The notes under the pieces: model-generated | The model's database searches: none | Seen by the model: only the letters and a program-made list of their open reading frames with translations | What the model was told of the DNA's origin: nothing | Shown: positions 23,373-36,829 of the stretch, in pieces | Layout of the letters: each line of letters begins with the position of its first letter | How positions within the stretch are numbered: the stretch's first letter is position 1 | Assembly: GCF_028641065.1 (NCBI RefSeq) | Contig: NC_073409.1 | Location: 20,212,001-20,276,000 of the forward strand | Reading direction: 5' to 3' | Origin: Leucoraja erinacea | Taxonomy: Eukaryota | DNA length: 64,000 bases | Made by a program: the position numbers and the translations under genes

Positions 23373-24295
23373 ATTATAGATTTTGCAGGTTCTATAATAA
23401 TTATAGAATATAGAACAGTATAGCTCAGTGTGCAGGGAGTGGATAAGAAAGTGGGATTGCATAGAACTAGTATGAATCGGTGATCAATGGTCTGGACTCG
23501 GTGAAATGATGGGCCAGTTTCCATGCGGTATCTTTCAATCAAACAATCTCCAAAGCAAATTATACCTGTCTTTGCAATCTGTGCTCAGTAATATATTTGA
23601 TACCGTTAATCCTGTTGCAGTGTTAGAAAAAGAATATTATCTATCACTCAAAATAAAACGTTTTTTAGAGAGACAGCGTGTAAACAGGCCCATCTGTCCT
23701 CTGAGTCCATGCCGACCAGTGATCATCTCATATAGTAGCAGTATCCTACACTCTAAGAACAATTTACAATTTTACTAAAACCTTTTAACCAAAAAAGCAT
23801 TTGGAATGTGGGAGGAAACCGGAGCACCGGGAGAAAACCCACGCGGTCACATGGGAAAACGTACAAATTCCACAAGGACAGCACCATTAGTCAGGACCAA
23901 ACCTGGGTCTTTGGCGCTTTAAGGCAGTGACTATATCGCTGCGCCACCGTGCCATCCCCAAATTGACATGTACATTGACAATGGAACAATGAAATTCTTA
24001 CTTGCAGCAGCTTAACTTTTAGATACAAGTCAAGTCAAGAGAGTTTATTGTCATGTGTCCAGGATAGGACAATGAAATTATTGCTTGCTGCAACACAACA
24101 CAATATAGAAAGCATAAATACAGAACAGTTCAGTGTGTTTATATAGCATACACCATATATATACACATAAATAAACAGATAAAGTGCAATAGGGTGTTAT
24201 AGTTCAGAGTTTGTTTGATGGCGAGTTTAATAGCCTGATGGCTGTGGGGAAGAAGCCATCAGGCTTCTTGAGGAGGGGTGAGGAGAGGGGGAGGG

Positions 24296-24960
24296 GGTTC
24301 ACTTGCACCTCCTCCAACCTCATATTCTGTATCCGCGGTTCCAGGTGTTGACTCCTGTATATCGGTAAGACCAAACGCAGGCTTTCCGATCGTTTCGTTG
24401 AACACCTCCGCTCAGTCCGCCTATACTTACCTGAGTCTGAAGAAGGGTTTCGGCCCGAAACGTTTCCTATTTCCTTCGCATCCATAGATGCTGCTGCACC
24501 CGCTGAGTTTCTCCAGCACTTTTGTCTACCTGCTAAACACTTTAACTCCCCCACCCATTCCCACACTATCGTCCTGGGTCTCCTCCATAGTCAGAGTGAA
24601 GCCCAGCGCAAATTGGAGGAACAGCATCTCATATTTCGCTTGGGCAGCTTACACTCCAGCGGTATGAACATTGACAACTTCAAGTAACCCTTGCTCTCCC
24701 TTTCTCTCCATCTCTCCCCCTTCCCAGTTCTCCGACCAGTCTGACTGTCCCACTGATTACATTGTATTTCTGTTTGACCGTTGGCACCGTCTCCCAGCTA
24801 TTCTACATTTTCCTTGATCTGCATCTCTTTTGACCTCTTACCCTTCCTTATCTCTCCATCCCCCTCTCCCCTGACGCTCAGTCTCAACCCGTCACCCATT
24901 CCTTCTATCCAGAGACGCTGCCTGTCCCGCTGAGTTACTCCAGCACGTTGTGTCTACCTT
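24296..24960 (+). mobile_element. Penelope-like element fragment
   Basis: LLYIGKTKRRLSDRFVEHLRSV..LEEQHLIFRLGSL; internal hammerhead-bearing repeat at about 24433-24530. Confidence 0.8.
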
Positions 24961-25117
24961 CAGTGCAAAACCAATGTCCATCGTGCAACCAGAGGCACAA
25001 TTCAAAGATGATCATAGTTACAGAGGTTCGTGTTTGTGCAGTGATCAACACCCTTACAATAGAATAGAATAGAATACTGTATTGTCACATGTGTATTGGC
25101 ACTTACAAAGTTATAGA

Positions 25118-25150
<33 letters not shown>

Positions 25151-27752
25151 TGCCAGATCCCCTTTATTCTTCCCTCGCTCCCCACGCTGGGTCCCCATTG
25201 TCCATTGTTGTTCTTCCCCCTCCCTCACGACACCCCCCCCCCCCCCCCCCCACTCTGGGCCCCCCCATTGTTCCTTCCCCCGGCGGCGGCGTCTTCACTT
25301 CCACGTGGTTCGTCCTCATCCGTCGGTCGGCACCAGCATCGGCTGCCACACCGACCTCTCCACTAATGCTGCCGAGTCCTCTCCGGCCCCTGAAAGATTA
25401 ATTAAAAGTATTTTCCATTGGGTTCACAATTCCAGCTTCTAAGCTATATAACCATACAACAATATAACAATCACAGCACGGAAACAGGCCATCTTGGCCC
25501 TTCTAGTCCGTGCCGAACACTTACTCTCACCTAGTCCCATCTACCTGCACTCAGACCATAACCTTCCATTCCTTTCCCATCCATATACCTATCCAAATTA
25601 TTTTTAAATTATAAAATCTAACCTGCCTCCACCACATCCACTGGCAGCACATTCCACACAGCTACCACTGAGTAAAGAAGCTCCCACCCATGTTACCCCT
25701 AAACTTCTGTCCCTTAATTCTAAAATCATGTCCTCTTGTTCAAATCTTCCCTACTCTCAATGGAAAAAGCTTATCCACGTCAACTCTGTCTATCCCTCTC
25801 ATCATTTTAAAGACCTCTATCAAGTCCCCCCCTTAGCCTTCTGCGCTCCAAAGAATAAAGACATATCTTGTTCAACCTTTCTGTGTAACTTAGGTGCTGA
25901 AACCCAGGCAACATTCTAGTAAATCTCCTCTGTACTCTCTCTATTTTTTTGACTGGTTTGATTTTTTACTTTTGATCACATTTTTAAATGTTGATAAAGC
26001 TACAGTCAAACGATTTGGGCTTTCCAGAAATGTCTGCTTTTTTTTAAATATAGAGGTTTCAGCATTTACATTATTTCTCTTTTACGTAACTTGGGAGATT
26101 TTCCAGACAACCTACTTACACAAAAATCAGAGCAAGTAGGAATGAAAAGTCGAAAAGGGTTAATCTTGCTTTCAACCACTGAAGGAGTTAATACCGTCAA
26201 AATGGTCTGCAATGTGGGAGTGGGGATTGGAAAAACTGCTTTCAAACAGAACAATTAACGTTTAGATTTTTAATTCAAATCACAAACTGGGTTAGTCATT
26301 TGTTTAACAAACAAAAATGAGATAAGCTTTCCCCTCCCCCTTAAGACATAGAGACCGTTGCCTCGAGGTAAGTTAACAGCCTCTATGTTTAAATATGTTT
26401 ACATACTGCAGGATTGAGATGTAAGCAACGTACATGTTAACTTAGAAACATAGAACCCGTTGAACAAATGTCCTGATCCTCGAAAGGAAAACTAGGAGAT
26501 TTCTTACTTAGGACGTAAAATCTGAACTTTACTCGAAACGATCAAAGTGCAGCCTAACTTTTCAAAGAGTTCACAGTGTCCCACTCAGGTCATTTGTTTA
26601 TTGGAGTCCAGTGTGACCTGTAACTTTGCTGTTGGTTTACAAGTAAACAATTCCATGTACGGCCGCCATTGTGGACGTGTGTGTTAAAACTCTGGCTGCT
26701 TTTCTTGTCCAGCTTCCTTTCCGTTTTCTGAAGGGAAGCTTTGGGCAGCTTTGTTCGGCAGGTGATGAAGCAGGCCACTAACATTGAGCTGCAGAATGGG
26801 ATTCTCCTTCATATCATTGTGGATTTAGGAGAGCAAGCTTAATATATAAAACAATTTTATTTCTGGTGCAAGTTTCTTCTGCAAAGTTCAAAAGAAAAAG
26901 TGATTTTCTAGGAAATTTGTTCGGTAGCTATTGTAATCGGACTGAAGAAGGATCCCGACCCAATTCGTTGCAGATGCTGCCTTGGTTCCTCCAGCACTGT
27001 TTTGTTGAAAGAGCCCTGTTTCTGCAGAGAAGGAACGGAACGTATCCACCGTGGATACGACATTCCCGTCCTTAAAGTGACTATGTGTGTGGCTGCATCA
27101 AGCTGTGCAGCGTCTTTATCAGCGTCGTTGGTTAGGCTGCGCTTTTTATTTAAGTATTACCTGCGGTACTGGTCTCATTACAGGAAGGATGAGGAGGCTT
27201 TGGAAATTGTGCAGAGGAGGTTTGCCAGAATGAATGTGGAGGAAGGAACTGCAGATGTTGGTTTGACACAAAAAGCTGGAGTAGCTCAGCGGGTCAGGCA
27301 GGATCTCTGGAGAAAAGGAATAAGTGACGTTTCGGGTCTAGAGATGGGGCTCGGTCCTTTTCTCCAGAGATCCAGGAGTGCAGGTGCATGGTTTCTTGAA
27401 GGTCGATTCACATATAGATAGGGTGATCAAAAGACTTTTGGCACATTGGTCTTCATCGTTCAGAATATTGAGTATAGGAGGTCATGTTGCAGTTGTATAA
27501 GACGTTGGTGAGACCACTTCTATAATATTGTGTTCAGTTCTGGGCGCCATGTTATAGGAAAGATATTGTCAAGCTTGAAAGGGTTCAGAGGATATTTATG
27601 AGGATGTTGCCAGGTCTAGAGGGTGTGAGCTATAGGGAGAGGTTGAGCATCATGAGAGGAATAGATCAGGTAGATGCCCAGAGTAGGGGAATTGAGAACC
27701 AATGGACATAGGTTCAAGGTTAAGGGGAAAAGATTTAATAGGAATCTGAGGA

Positions 27753-28845
27753 AGACAAAAATGCTGGAGAAAGTCAGTGGATGAGGCACCTTCTATGGAG
27801 CGAAAGAATAGGTGACGTTTTGGGTCGGGCCTTTCTTCAGACTGATGTGGGGTGGGGGGACGGGGTGGAAAGAAGAAATGAAGAGGCAGAGACAGCGGGC
27901 TGTGGGAGAGCTGCGAAGGGGAGGGGAAGGAGTGAGAAAGCAAGAACTACCTGAAATTGGAGAAGTCAATATTCACACTGTTGGGGTGTAAGAGGGGGGT
28001 TGTGGTGGGAGGGGGTTGTGGGGGGATGTGGCAGTATGGGCGGGAGGTGTCGGGGGGAGGGAGGGAGGGGGGGGGGTGTGGGCGGGAGGGAAGGAGCTGT
28101 GTTTGGGTGTGGGCAGGGGAGGGGGGGTGTCGGGGTTGGGGGCACGGGGGGGGTATGTGTTTTTGGGGGGGGGAGAGAGCTCGGTGAGAAGACGGGGGTT
28201 GTGTATCAAGGGGGAGGGGGGCGGCAGGAGCCAGCGAGGGGGACCAGAGGGGAAGGGGCTGGAGCTGACGGACTCCCACCGGGTGCTGGTAGCTGGATGT
28301 TCTCCACCGCCGGGTTCAGTGTCTCCGCTTTCCGTTGGGCAACATCAGCAACATCTCCAACTCCGCTCCGCGCTGGGTGGAGCCCACAATAGTCCACTGT
28401 TGGCTGTGGGCCAGGTGATAATAATGAGTGAAACTCAACAAGACCACTGTGAAACTCGTACAATGAAAAGGGTGGGAGAGGGATGGTGAGAGAGAGGATG
28501 CAAGGGTTACTTGACATTAGAGAAATCAATATTCATACAGCTGGGGGGGTAAGCTGGCCAAGCAAAATATGAGGTGCTGTCAGCTGTTCCTCCCATTTGC
28601 ATTTGGTCTCACTCTGACAATGGAGGTGGCCAAGGACAGAAAGGTCAGTGTGGGAATAGTTGGGGGAGTTAAAGTGTTTGGCAACCGGGATATCGTATAG
28701 GCCAAGGTGGACTGTGAAGATGTTTAGCAAAACGATCGCCCAGTCTGTGCTTGGTCTTGCCAATGAATAAGCGTCAACTCCTGGAACAGGGGATACAGTT
28801 GATGAGGTTGGAGGAGGTGCAAGTGAACCTCCGCCTCACCTGAAA
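27753..28845 (-). mobile_element. Penelope-like fragments with intervening G-rich low-complexity segment (about 27990-28260)
   Basis: GIY-YIG remnant (PVAKHFNSPNYSH..KWEEQ) and terminal repeat. Confidence 0.7.
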
Positions 28846-28959
28846 GATATGGCTCTTTTTAAACTTCTCTTTGGTGCTGTTCTGCCTCTGGGTTTGACAC
28901 TGTCTCTCTAGCTAGATCAGCACCCTGCTCTACTGCAATCCTAACAGCTCCTTATTGAA

Positions 28960-29283
28960 CTTCCCACGGCCACTGCTCCGCCTCTGGGTATAAAATAGTC
29001 CTCTACGCCCTGTGGGCTTTCCCAGGGGTACACATTGAGGCAGGCATACACCGCTGTTGAAAGATGATCAGCTCGATCAAACGTCCATTTTAAATTGACC
29101 ACATCCTGCAGGACTTCAAGTTTAAACATTCCAGACTGTCCTTGAGAAAAAGAAACTGCGTTCCTTTTCACAAAGGCAACCACTCTGTAGTGGGGGAAAG
29201 GGCAGAGTTTACAAACTAGCACCACTGCATGTTGAGGGAACAAAGCCTTTGTTTAAACCCCTCAGACCGCTTGGTCATGTAAG
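28960..29283 (+). promoter_or_regulatory. Possible promoter and first exon of UGT copy A
   Basis: CTCCGCCT then TATAAAA (about 28989), donor AAG|gtaggt at 29283, about 560 bp before the coding-exon acceptor. Confidence 0.3.
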
Positions 29284-29871
29284 GTAGGTGAAAGACAAAT
29301 TGCTGGCATTAATATAAAGTGAATCATATGTCAGTGAAGTGATGTGTTTGACACAGCGAATGGCAACTTATGACTGTACCGTTTGGCGAATTTGCAGACT
29401 TTCTGAAGAAAATATATATTTGAAATCAAAATATTGACAGTCGGCGCAGACTCGGTGGGCCGAGGAGCCTGTTTCCGTGCTGTATCTCCAAAGTAAAGTT
29501 AGGTGAATCATATAATACTATGCATTAATACAATCAAGCCATACTCAAGTACAATTGAGGCCCTTCTTCAGACTGATGCTTGCCCATCCCACTGAGTTAC
29601 TCCAGCATTTTGTGTCTACCTTTGATGCCTTCTCTCCAGAGATGCTGTCTATCCCGCTGAGTTACTCCAGCATTTTGTGTCAACCTGAAATATCACCTAT
29701 TCCTTCTCTCCAGAGATGCTGCCTGACCCGCTGAGTTACTCTAGCTGTTTGTGTCTATCTTCGGTTTAAACCAGCATCTGCAGTTCCTTCCTACACAAAT
29801 TATGTTATTGTCGTCACCAAAACACTTTTTTCCAATTTCCCAACAGAACTTGCAGATCGCCCACTCTCAAT

Positions 29872-31473
29872 ATGAAACATTCAAACTGGCGGAGTGAATT
29901 ACTGGCCATATTTGTTCTTTGTGCCATTATCACCCTGTCATCACCAATAAAGATATTGGTTGTACCTGTCGATGGAAGTCACTGGGTCAATATGAAAATC
30001 CTAGTGGAAGAACTGAACCTTCGTGGACACAAAATTACTGTGGTTCATCCCTCAACATCCTGGTATATCAAAGAAAAGCCTGATCTTTATCAATCCATTG
30101 TGGTCCAAATGGAAGAATGCCTTGGGAAAAACAAAACAGAAGAAATAATACAAGGTTATCTACAAAAGGTACTGACAGCCTTAAGGTATGGGATGACACC
30201 GTGGGCATATATTCAGGTGCAATATCAGATGTGGTATGCCTTGTATTACTATCATCAATGTGCTGGACAGATCATTGTTGCAATATTTAAAAACAAAGTT
30301 GTATTAAATCAAATTGAAGATGCCAACTTTGACTTGGTGCTTACAGATCCTGCTTTTGGTGTAGGTCCAATTCTGGCTTCTTACTTCAAGCTTCCAATGG
30401 TGTACAACGTACGGTGGCTCCCTAACAAGGAAGCCCACTTACTCTCCGCCCCATCACCACTCTCCTACATCCCCATCACCGGTTCACATTTGACGGATAA
30501 AATGACCTTCCTTGAAAGGACATGGAACGTCGTTCTGAATCTAAATCAGATCATTATTTCGGAATTCCTCATTAACCCCATTTACAATGAACTCTGCCAC
30601 CGGTACCTGGGGCCAAATACAGACTTTCAAGGAATTCTTCTGAGCTCTGATGTGTGGCTGATGAGGGTGGATTTTGTGTTTGAATTCCCAAGACCCACCA
30701 TGCCAAACATTGTGTACATCGGAGGCTTCCAGTGTAAACCAGCACGGCCTCTGGCAGCAGAGTTTGAGGAGTTTGTTCAAAGCTCAGGGAAACATGGACT
30801 TGTTGTAATGTCAATGGGAACTATTGTCAGTTTCTTGCCAATGGAGATTACAATAAAAATAGCAGAAGCTTTATCTCAAATCCCCCAGAAGGTTATCTGG
30901 AGATATGATGGTGAGACCCCTCCCAATATAGGGAATAATACACTGCTGGCAAAATGGATCCCTCAGAACGACCTGCTGGGTCACCCCAACACACGAGCCT
31001 TTGTTTCACACGGAGGCACCAATGGGATTTATGAAGCCATCTACCATGGGGTGCCAGTGATCGGCATACCTCTGCTTTTTGACCAGTTTGACAATTTAAT
31101 TAGACTCAAATCCCGAGGAGCAGCAAAAGTGATCAACGTTGCAACCATGCATTCCACAGATCTGTTACAGGCACTCAACGAGGTGATAAACGGCACATCT
31201 TATGGGGACAACATGAAGAGACTCTCCGTTCTCCATCGGGACCAGCCAGAGTCGCCAATGGAGAGAGCCGTTTTCTGGGTTGAGTACGTTGCCCGACACA
31301 AAGGAGCGGGGCATTTGCGCTCAGAATCCCACCGACTCCCCTGGTACGCTTACTATTGTGTAGATGTGATGATCTTTCTGTTGTCTGTGTTACTCCTGCT
31401 CACTGTGCTGGTGGTTGGAACACTGAAGAAACTTTGTCGTATTGCACTGAAGAAAAAGCAAAAAATTCATTAA
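29872..31473 (+). CDS. UDP-glucuronosyltransferase, single-exon CDS (UGT5-like), copy A, 533 aa
   Basis: Signal peptide, DGSHW catalytic His, UGT signature WIPQNDLLGHP..HGG.NG..EAIYHGVP..PLLFDQ, C-terminal TM helix and dilysine tail; polypyrimidine/AG acceptor just upstream (about 29847). Confidence 0.95.
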   Translation: MKHSNWRSELLAIFVLCAIITLSSPIKILVVPVDGSHWVNMKILVEELNLRGHKITVVHPSTSWYIKEKPDLYQSIVVQMEECLGKNKTEEIIQGYLQKVLTALRYGMTPWAYIQVQYQMWYALYYYHQCAGQIIVAIFKNKVVLNQIEDANFDLVLTDPAFGVGPILASYFKLPMVYNVRWLPNKEAHLLSAPSPLSYIPITGSHLTDKMTFLERTWNVVLNLNQIIISEFLINPIYNELCHRYLGPNTDFQGILLSSDVWLMRVDFVFEFPRPTMPNIVYIGGFQCKPARPLAAEFEEFVQSSGKHGLVVMSMGTIVSFLPMEITIKIAEALSQIPQKVIWRYDGETPPNIGNNTLLAKWIPQNDLLGHPNTRAFVSHGGTNGIYEAIYHGVPVIGIPLLFDQFDNLIRLKSRGAAKVINVATMHSTDLLQALNEVINGTSYGDNMKRLSVLHRDQPESPMERAVFWVEYVARHKGAGHLRSESHRLPWYAYYCVDVMIFLLSVLLLLTVLVVGTLKKLCRIALKKKQKIH

Positions 31474-32176
31474 GTTTTCTCCTTTAGAATTGGGAGAATG
31501 TTACATTTTGTAATTTCATTTTTTCAAACAATTTTTAATCATAGTTTCTCCAAGACTCCAAATAACGTTCCTCTCGCAACCCATTCCCTTTACAGCGATT
31601 GAGAATTGTATTAATGCCTATTCAGAAATTATAACAGATATTTGCTGTGTAGTTGCCAACAGCAAACAACTGTACATGAATTAAATGTGACAAAATGGAT
31701 ACGATTTTCAAATATTATTCAAACAAAATCTAGAGAACAGTTCACACGTGTCAAGAAGCTATATTGAGAATTGTTGTTCCGAATTCTCACGATCATATTG
31801 TCTATTGGTAAATATGTACACCACATTGTTTCTCAGTTTTAATATGTTTGATTTCTCCATCATAACTTTCATTGGAGTTGCCTTCCACAGCTTGCCATGC
31901 TGAAATTTTGTCTCTTCATTGAATTTTGGACTGCACTTTTTCACAACTATGACTAGAATTAGCTGTGTCAACAGACTTGCAATATTTTCTTACAAGAAAG
32001 GAACTGTTTTGGCCTATTGAGATTATTGTGTGTAGGTTCACAGTGTAACCCATTCAACAAAGATAAAGGAAAAGTATAGCACAGGAACAGCACCTTCGAC
32101 CCACAATATCTGCGCCAAACACAATGCTAAGATTAACTGATCCCCTCTGCCTACATGTGATCTATATTCCCCCATT

Positions 32177-32810
32177 CATAGAAACATAGAAACATAGAAA
32201 CATAGAAAATAGGTGCAGGAGTAGGCCATTCGGCCCTTCGAGCCTGCACTGCTATTCAATATGAACATGGCTGATCATCCAACTCAGTATCCTGTACCTG
32301 CCTTCTCTCCATGTGATCCCTTTAGCCATAAGGGTCACATCTAACTCCCTCTTAAATATAGCCAATAAACTGGCCTCAACTACCTTCTGTGGCAAAGAAT
32401 TCCAGAGATTCACCACTCTCTGTGTGAAAAATGTTTTCCTCATCTCGGTCCTAAAAGATTTCCCCCTTACCCTTAAACTGTGACCCCTTGTTCTGGACTT
32501 CCCCAACATCGGGAACAATCTTCCTGCATCTAGCCTGTCCAACCCCTTAAGAATCTTGTAAGTTTCTATAAGATCCCCCCTCAATCTTCTAAATTCTAGC
32601 GAGTACAAACCGAGTCTATCCAGTCTTTTTTCATATGAAAGTCCTGACATCCCTGGAATCAGTCTGGCGAATCTTCTCTGTACTCCCTCTATGGCAAGAA
32701 TGTCTTTCCTCAGATTAGGGGACCAAAACTGTACGCAATACTCCAGGTGTGGTCTCACCAAGACCCTATACAACTGCAGTAGAACCTCCCTGCTCCTATA
32801 CTCAAATTCC
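32177..32810 (-). mobile_element. Young CR1 3' fragment; closely similar copies at about 4597-4820(-), 20959-21260(-), 37749-38298(+), 57179 onward(-)
   Basis: RPHLEYCVQFWSPNLRKD..; (CATAGAAA)n tail on the plus strand. Confidence 0.92.
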
Positions 32811-33027
32811 CTGCATGTCCATGTGCCTATCCAAAAGCATCCTAAACTCCAGCATCATATCTGCCTCCATCACCACCCTTAGAAGCGTCTTCCAGGAACA
32901 CACTGTCCACTAAATGTAAAATAATTGCCTTGTACATGTCCCCTAAATTTTGCCCAGTTCACCCTAAAGCTATGCCATCATGATCTTTGACATTTCCACT
33001 TTGGGAAACAGGTTCTCCCTGTCTGTA

Positions 33028-33245
33028 GACACAAAAAGTTGGAGTAACTCTGCGGGTCAGGCAGCATCTCTGGAGAAAAGGAATAGGTGACGTTTTGGGT
33101 CAAGATCCTTCTTCAGACCTGAAGAAGGGTCTCGATCCGAAACGTCAACTATTCCTTTTCTCGAAAGATGCTGCCTGACCCGCTGAGTTACTCCACCTTT
33201 TTGTGGCTATCTTTTGTTTAAACCAGCATCTGCAGTTCCTTCCTA
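33028..33245. mobile_element. Inverted pair of Penelope terminal repeats with hammerhead motifs
   Basis: Arms about 33028-33117 and 33119-33205 are imperfect reverse complements; CTGAAGA at 33119, GAAACGTC at 33139. Confidence 0.75.
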
Positions 33246-36240
33246 CACTTTTTCATATGTGCTATCTGTACCTTCCCATTCTTGCAGTAATTTCCCCTCC
33301 ATCCTATTCTCTCCATGGTCCTATCAACTCGCCCGCAGATTGTTCCATTATCCTGTACATAAGTGGTAGTTTACAGTCCCCAAACGCCATTGGGATTAGC
33401 AAGGGGAAACATAGTCATTGGAAGAATGTGCAAAACCTCACACAGACACTGCAGAAGGTGAGGATTGAGCCCTGGACACAGGGATTGTGAGTCAGAAGTC
33501 CCACTAGCTGTACCTCTGAACTGACTGCAGTGAATGGATTTGAGAGAGTTCAGGAGTGTTTGATTTGTTCTTGAAAGTTGCGTTGTAAGTTGCTTTAGAG
33601 ACTACCATTACGTCGATGAATTTTTGATCATGTCAGCTTATTGTTTAGCTTAGGTTAGAGAGACAGCACAGAAACAGGCCCTTCGGCCGACTGAGTCCAC
33701 GCTGACCAGTGATCCTCGCACATTTACACAATTCTACACACACTGGGGACAATTTTTGTATTTACACCAAGTCAATTAACCTACAAATCTGTACATCTTT
33801 GGAGTGTGGGAGGAAACCGAAGATGTCGGAGAAAACCCGCGCATGTCACGTGGAGAACGTCCTGAACCATCCACATTGAAACTACAGCCAAGAAAGCACC
33901 AATGCCTTTTAGAAGACTAAGGACATTTTTGGCAAGTCTCCAGCAAATCTTACCAACCATTGAAGTTGCACCATTAACCGTGATCACAAAATCAAAACTT
34001 GGTTTGACAATAGCTCTGACCAACTCTGCAAGAAATTGCAGAGAGGTGTGGATATACCCAGTCCCTCACAGAAACCAACCTTCCTCCCATTGATTCCAGT
34101 TACACTTCACGCTGCTTCGGAAATATCTCCAACTCAATCAAGGACCATTTTATCACCAGTCATTCTCTCTTCTCCGGCCTCTTCATCGCATTTTCTCTGT
34201 AACATTTTAACTTAGTTTAATTTAGAGATACAGCATGGAAACAGGATCTTCGGCTTACCGAATTCGTGCCGACCTGCGATTCCCGCGCATTAGCACTATC
34301 CTACACACTCTCGGGACAATTCGCAATTATACCAAGACAATTAACCTACAAAGCTGTACGTCTTTGGAGTGTGGGAGAAAGCCAGAGCTCCCGGACAAGA
34401 CTCACGCAGGTCATGGGGAAAATAACCATATAACCATATAACCAAAATGTCTAAACTATGTACAGACAAGCACCCGTAGTTTGGTCTCTGGTTCTGTAAG
34501 GCTGGAAGTCTACTGCTACACCACCGTACCACCCAATTGTAACTCTAACATTGTAATGCTGTAACACTGTATTCTAGTTTTCTCTTGACACTACCTGTTG
34601 CAGTACTTCATTGGCCTCATGTGTGGTATAGTTTGACTTGACTAATAGAAAGCAATCAAAAGCTTTTCTCTGTACCACTGTATACATGACAATAATAAAC
34701 AATACAATTGTGTTGGTATATTACATTATAAGAAGCATAGCTCGGGTAGCCATTACCTTTTTCTAAGGGTGGAAAGGAAATGTCAAAGACTAGAGCGCAA
34801 GGCTTAAAGGCGAGAGGGACAAAGTTTAAAGGGGATGTGCAGGGCAAGTTTTGTTGCAGAGAATGGTGGGTGGCTGGAACGCACTGCTATGTTGGTGGTG
34901 GAACTAACGAGGTTTTTAAATAATCACATGGATATGCAGAGAATGTGGGAAAGTTGGTGAGCGTGAATAGTTCTTCATAAATGCTTCATACATAAGGGAG
35001 AGGATATTAGTTTATTTTGCCAACATGTTCTGCAAAGACATTGAGGGCTGAAGGGCCTGTTCCTGGACTGTACTGTTCCATGTTTAACTGTGGCCTCCTC
35101 ATTCTAGACTCTCGCATAAGAGGAAACATCCTCTCTGCATCCACCCTGCTAAGATCGCCTTTTCTCCAATTCTTCCTGCAAAGGTGGACTATTGTACACC
35201 TCCCCATATCCTCTTTGACAAAGTAACTAGCATGTTAGATAACAAGGAAGCGAATGGATGTAGCATATTCTATTATCCAAAATTTGGTCTGTGAAGTGCC
35301 CCATAAAAGATTACCGCATTAGATAAGCACCTATGGACTTGAACATAATAGGTTAAATCCAGGGGATCAGATATAGGGCTTTATGTGTGGGCCAGTCATA
35401 TTGTCAGTGCAGAGGGACTAGGAGCAAGGCCAAGTGTGCATCCAGAGTCAAGGTCTGGAATAGTGTGCAGTCAAAGCTGGGACAATGGGAGTGTTCAGCA
35501 TTGGGAACATAAGCAGGTAAGCAGCTATGATCAGGGTAGAATTGGGGGCCAGGTGTAAGGCTGGACTCAGGGTCAGGAATGAGAGAAGGTATGCAACTGG
35601 AGTCAGGGTCAGGAGTAGTACCAGGTGTGCAGTGAGACCCAGGTTGGTCAACATGGGTCAAGTGCTTGATTATAATCTGATTTCCATACATGAATATACT
35701 AAGATCATTCATGTGCTGCACCTGTTGATCAGAGCCTAGCTCTACCGTGGAATGTAATTAGGAACATAATTTAGCTTAACCTTATTCATAGCTAATCCAA
35801 TTTAAAGCATAAATATTGCATTCAAGTGGGAGTTAAAAGACTTGCTGCAGTATGTACCAGGTTGCACAATTTCAAGCTGAAAACTGCAAAAGCTTCGTAC
35901 CAATGACACCCATTGTATAAACTTTCAGAGTGCAGTTAATTAAGTGCTGCACACTGGGGTTACAGAACACCAACGTAAATCCCAGGAGCTTTAGTATTTC
36001 TTAAAGTACAAGGTGATTATAAAAATATAAGAGATTCAGGAATACATATTGCAGAAGTAAATCTGGCATCCTTGCCTCGTCTGGGTTAGGGTTGACCTTA
36101 GACCAATCTGCTACAATGTGGTTGATTTTTGACTGCCCTCTCTACTCCTTTGTGTTAAACCACTCTGCAATGTTGGATATCTCCAACACGTAGAGTTCAA
36201 GAGATCACAAAGGTTTCTCACCATCATATTATGGGTGGAT

Positions 36241-36304
36241 TCCATCCATTCCATCCATCCATCCATCCATCCATCCATCCATCCATCCATCCATCCATCC
36301 ATCC
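36241..36304. repeat. (TCCA)n microsatellite
   Basis: Direct inspection. Confidence 0.95.
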
Positions 36305-36829
36305 TTGTTATCTTCTGGTTTGCATGTTTTTTCTATTTGCGCAAAAACATCTTCCCATTCCTCTGTGCTGCATGTGCAGCAATTTTTGTTTCGATCGACT
36401 ATAACGACTATACTGAACATCTCCTACATTGAGCAGAGCAGTTAATTATCAATAACTTTCTAATAATATTAAACTGTTTCCATAGAGAAAATTAACTCCA
36501 GCAAATGGACACAAAATGCTGGAGTAAATCAGCGGGACAGGCACCATCTCTGCCAAGAAGGAATGGATGATGTTTTGGTTCGAGACCTTTCTTCAAGGTG
36601 GTCTGAAGAAGGATCTTGACCTGAAACATCGCTCATTCCTTCTCTCGAGCGATGCTGCCTGTTCTGCTGAGTTACTCCAGCTTTTTTTATGTCTATCGTC
36701 GGTGTAAACCAGCATCTGCAGTTCCCTCCTACACATTCACCCCTGTAAGTCTGTGACCAATATCTACCATCAAATTCCTGAGGTGTCAACTCAGTGGCGC
36801 CTTTGCAAGAAACACACAGATGTAGGGGG

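Noticed and set aside
25082-28529. Pro/Gly-rich ORFs at about 25.1-25.4 kb and 27.9-28.5 kb
   Set aside because: Poly-C and G-rich low-complexity tracts inside repeats
36111-36432. MDGW / PSIH repeat ORFs
   Set aside because: Translations of the (TCCA)n microsatellite
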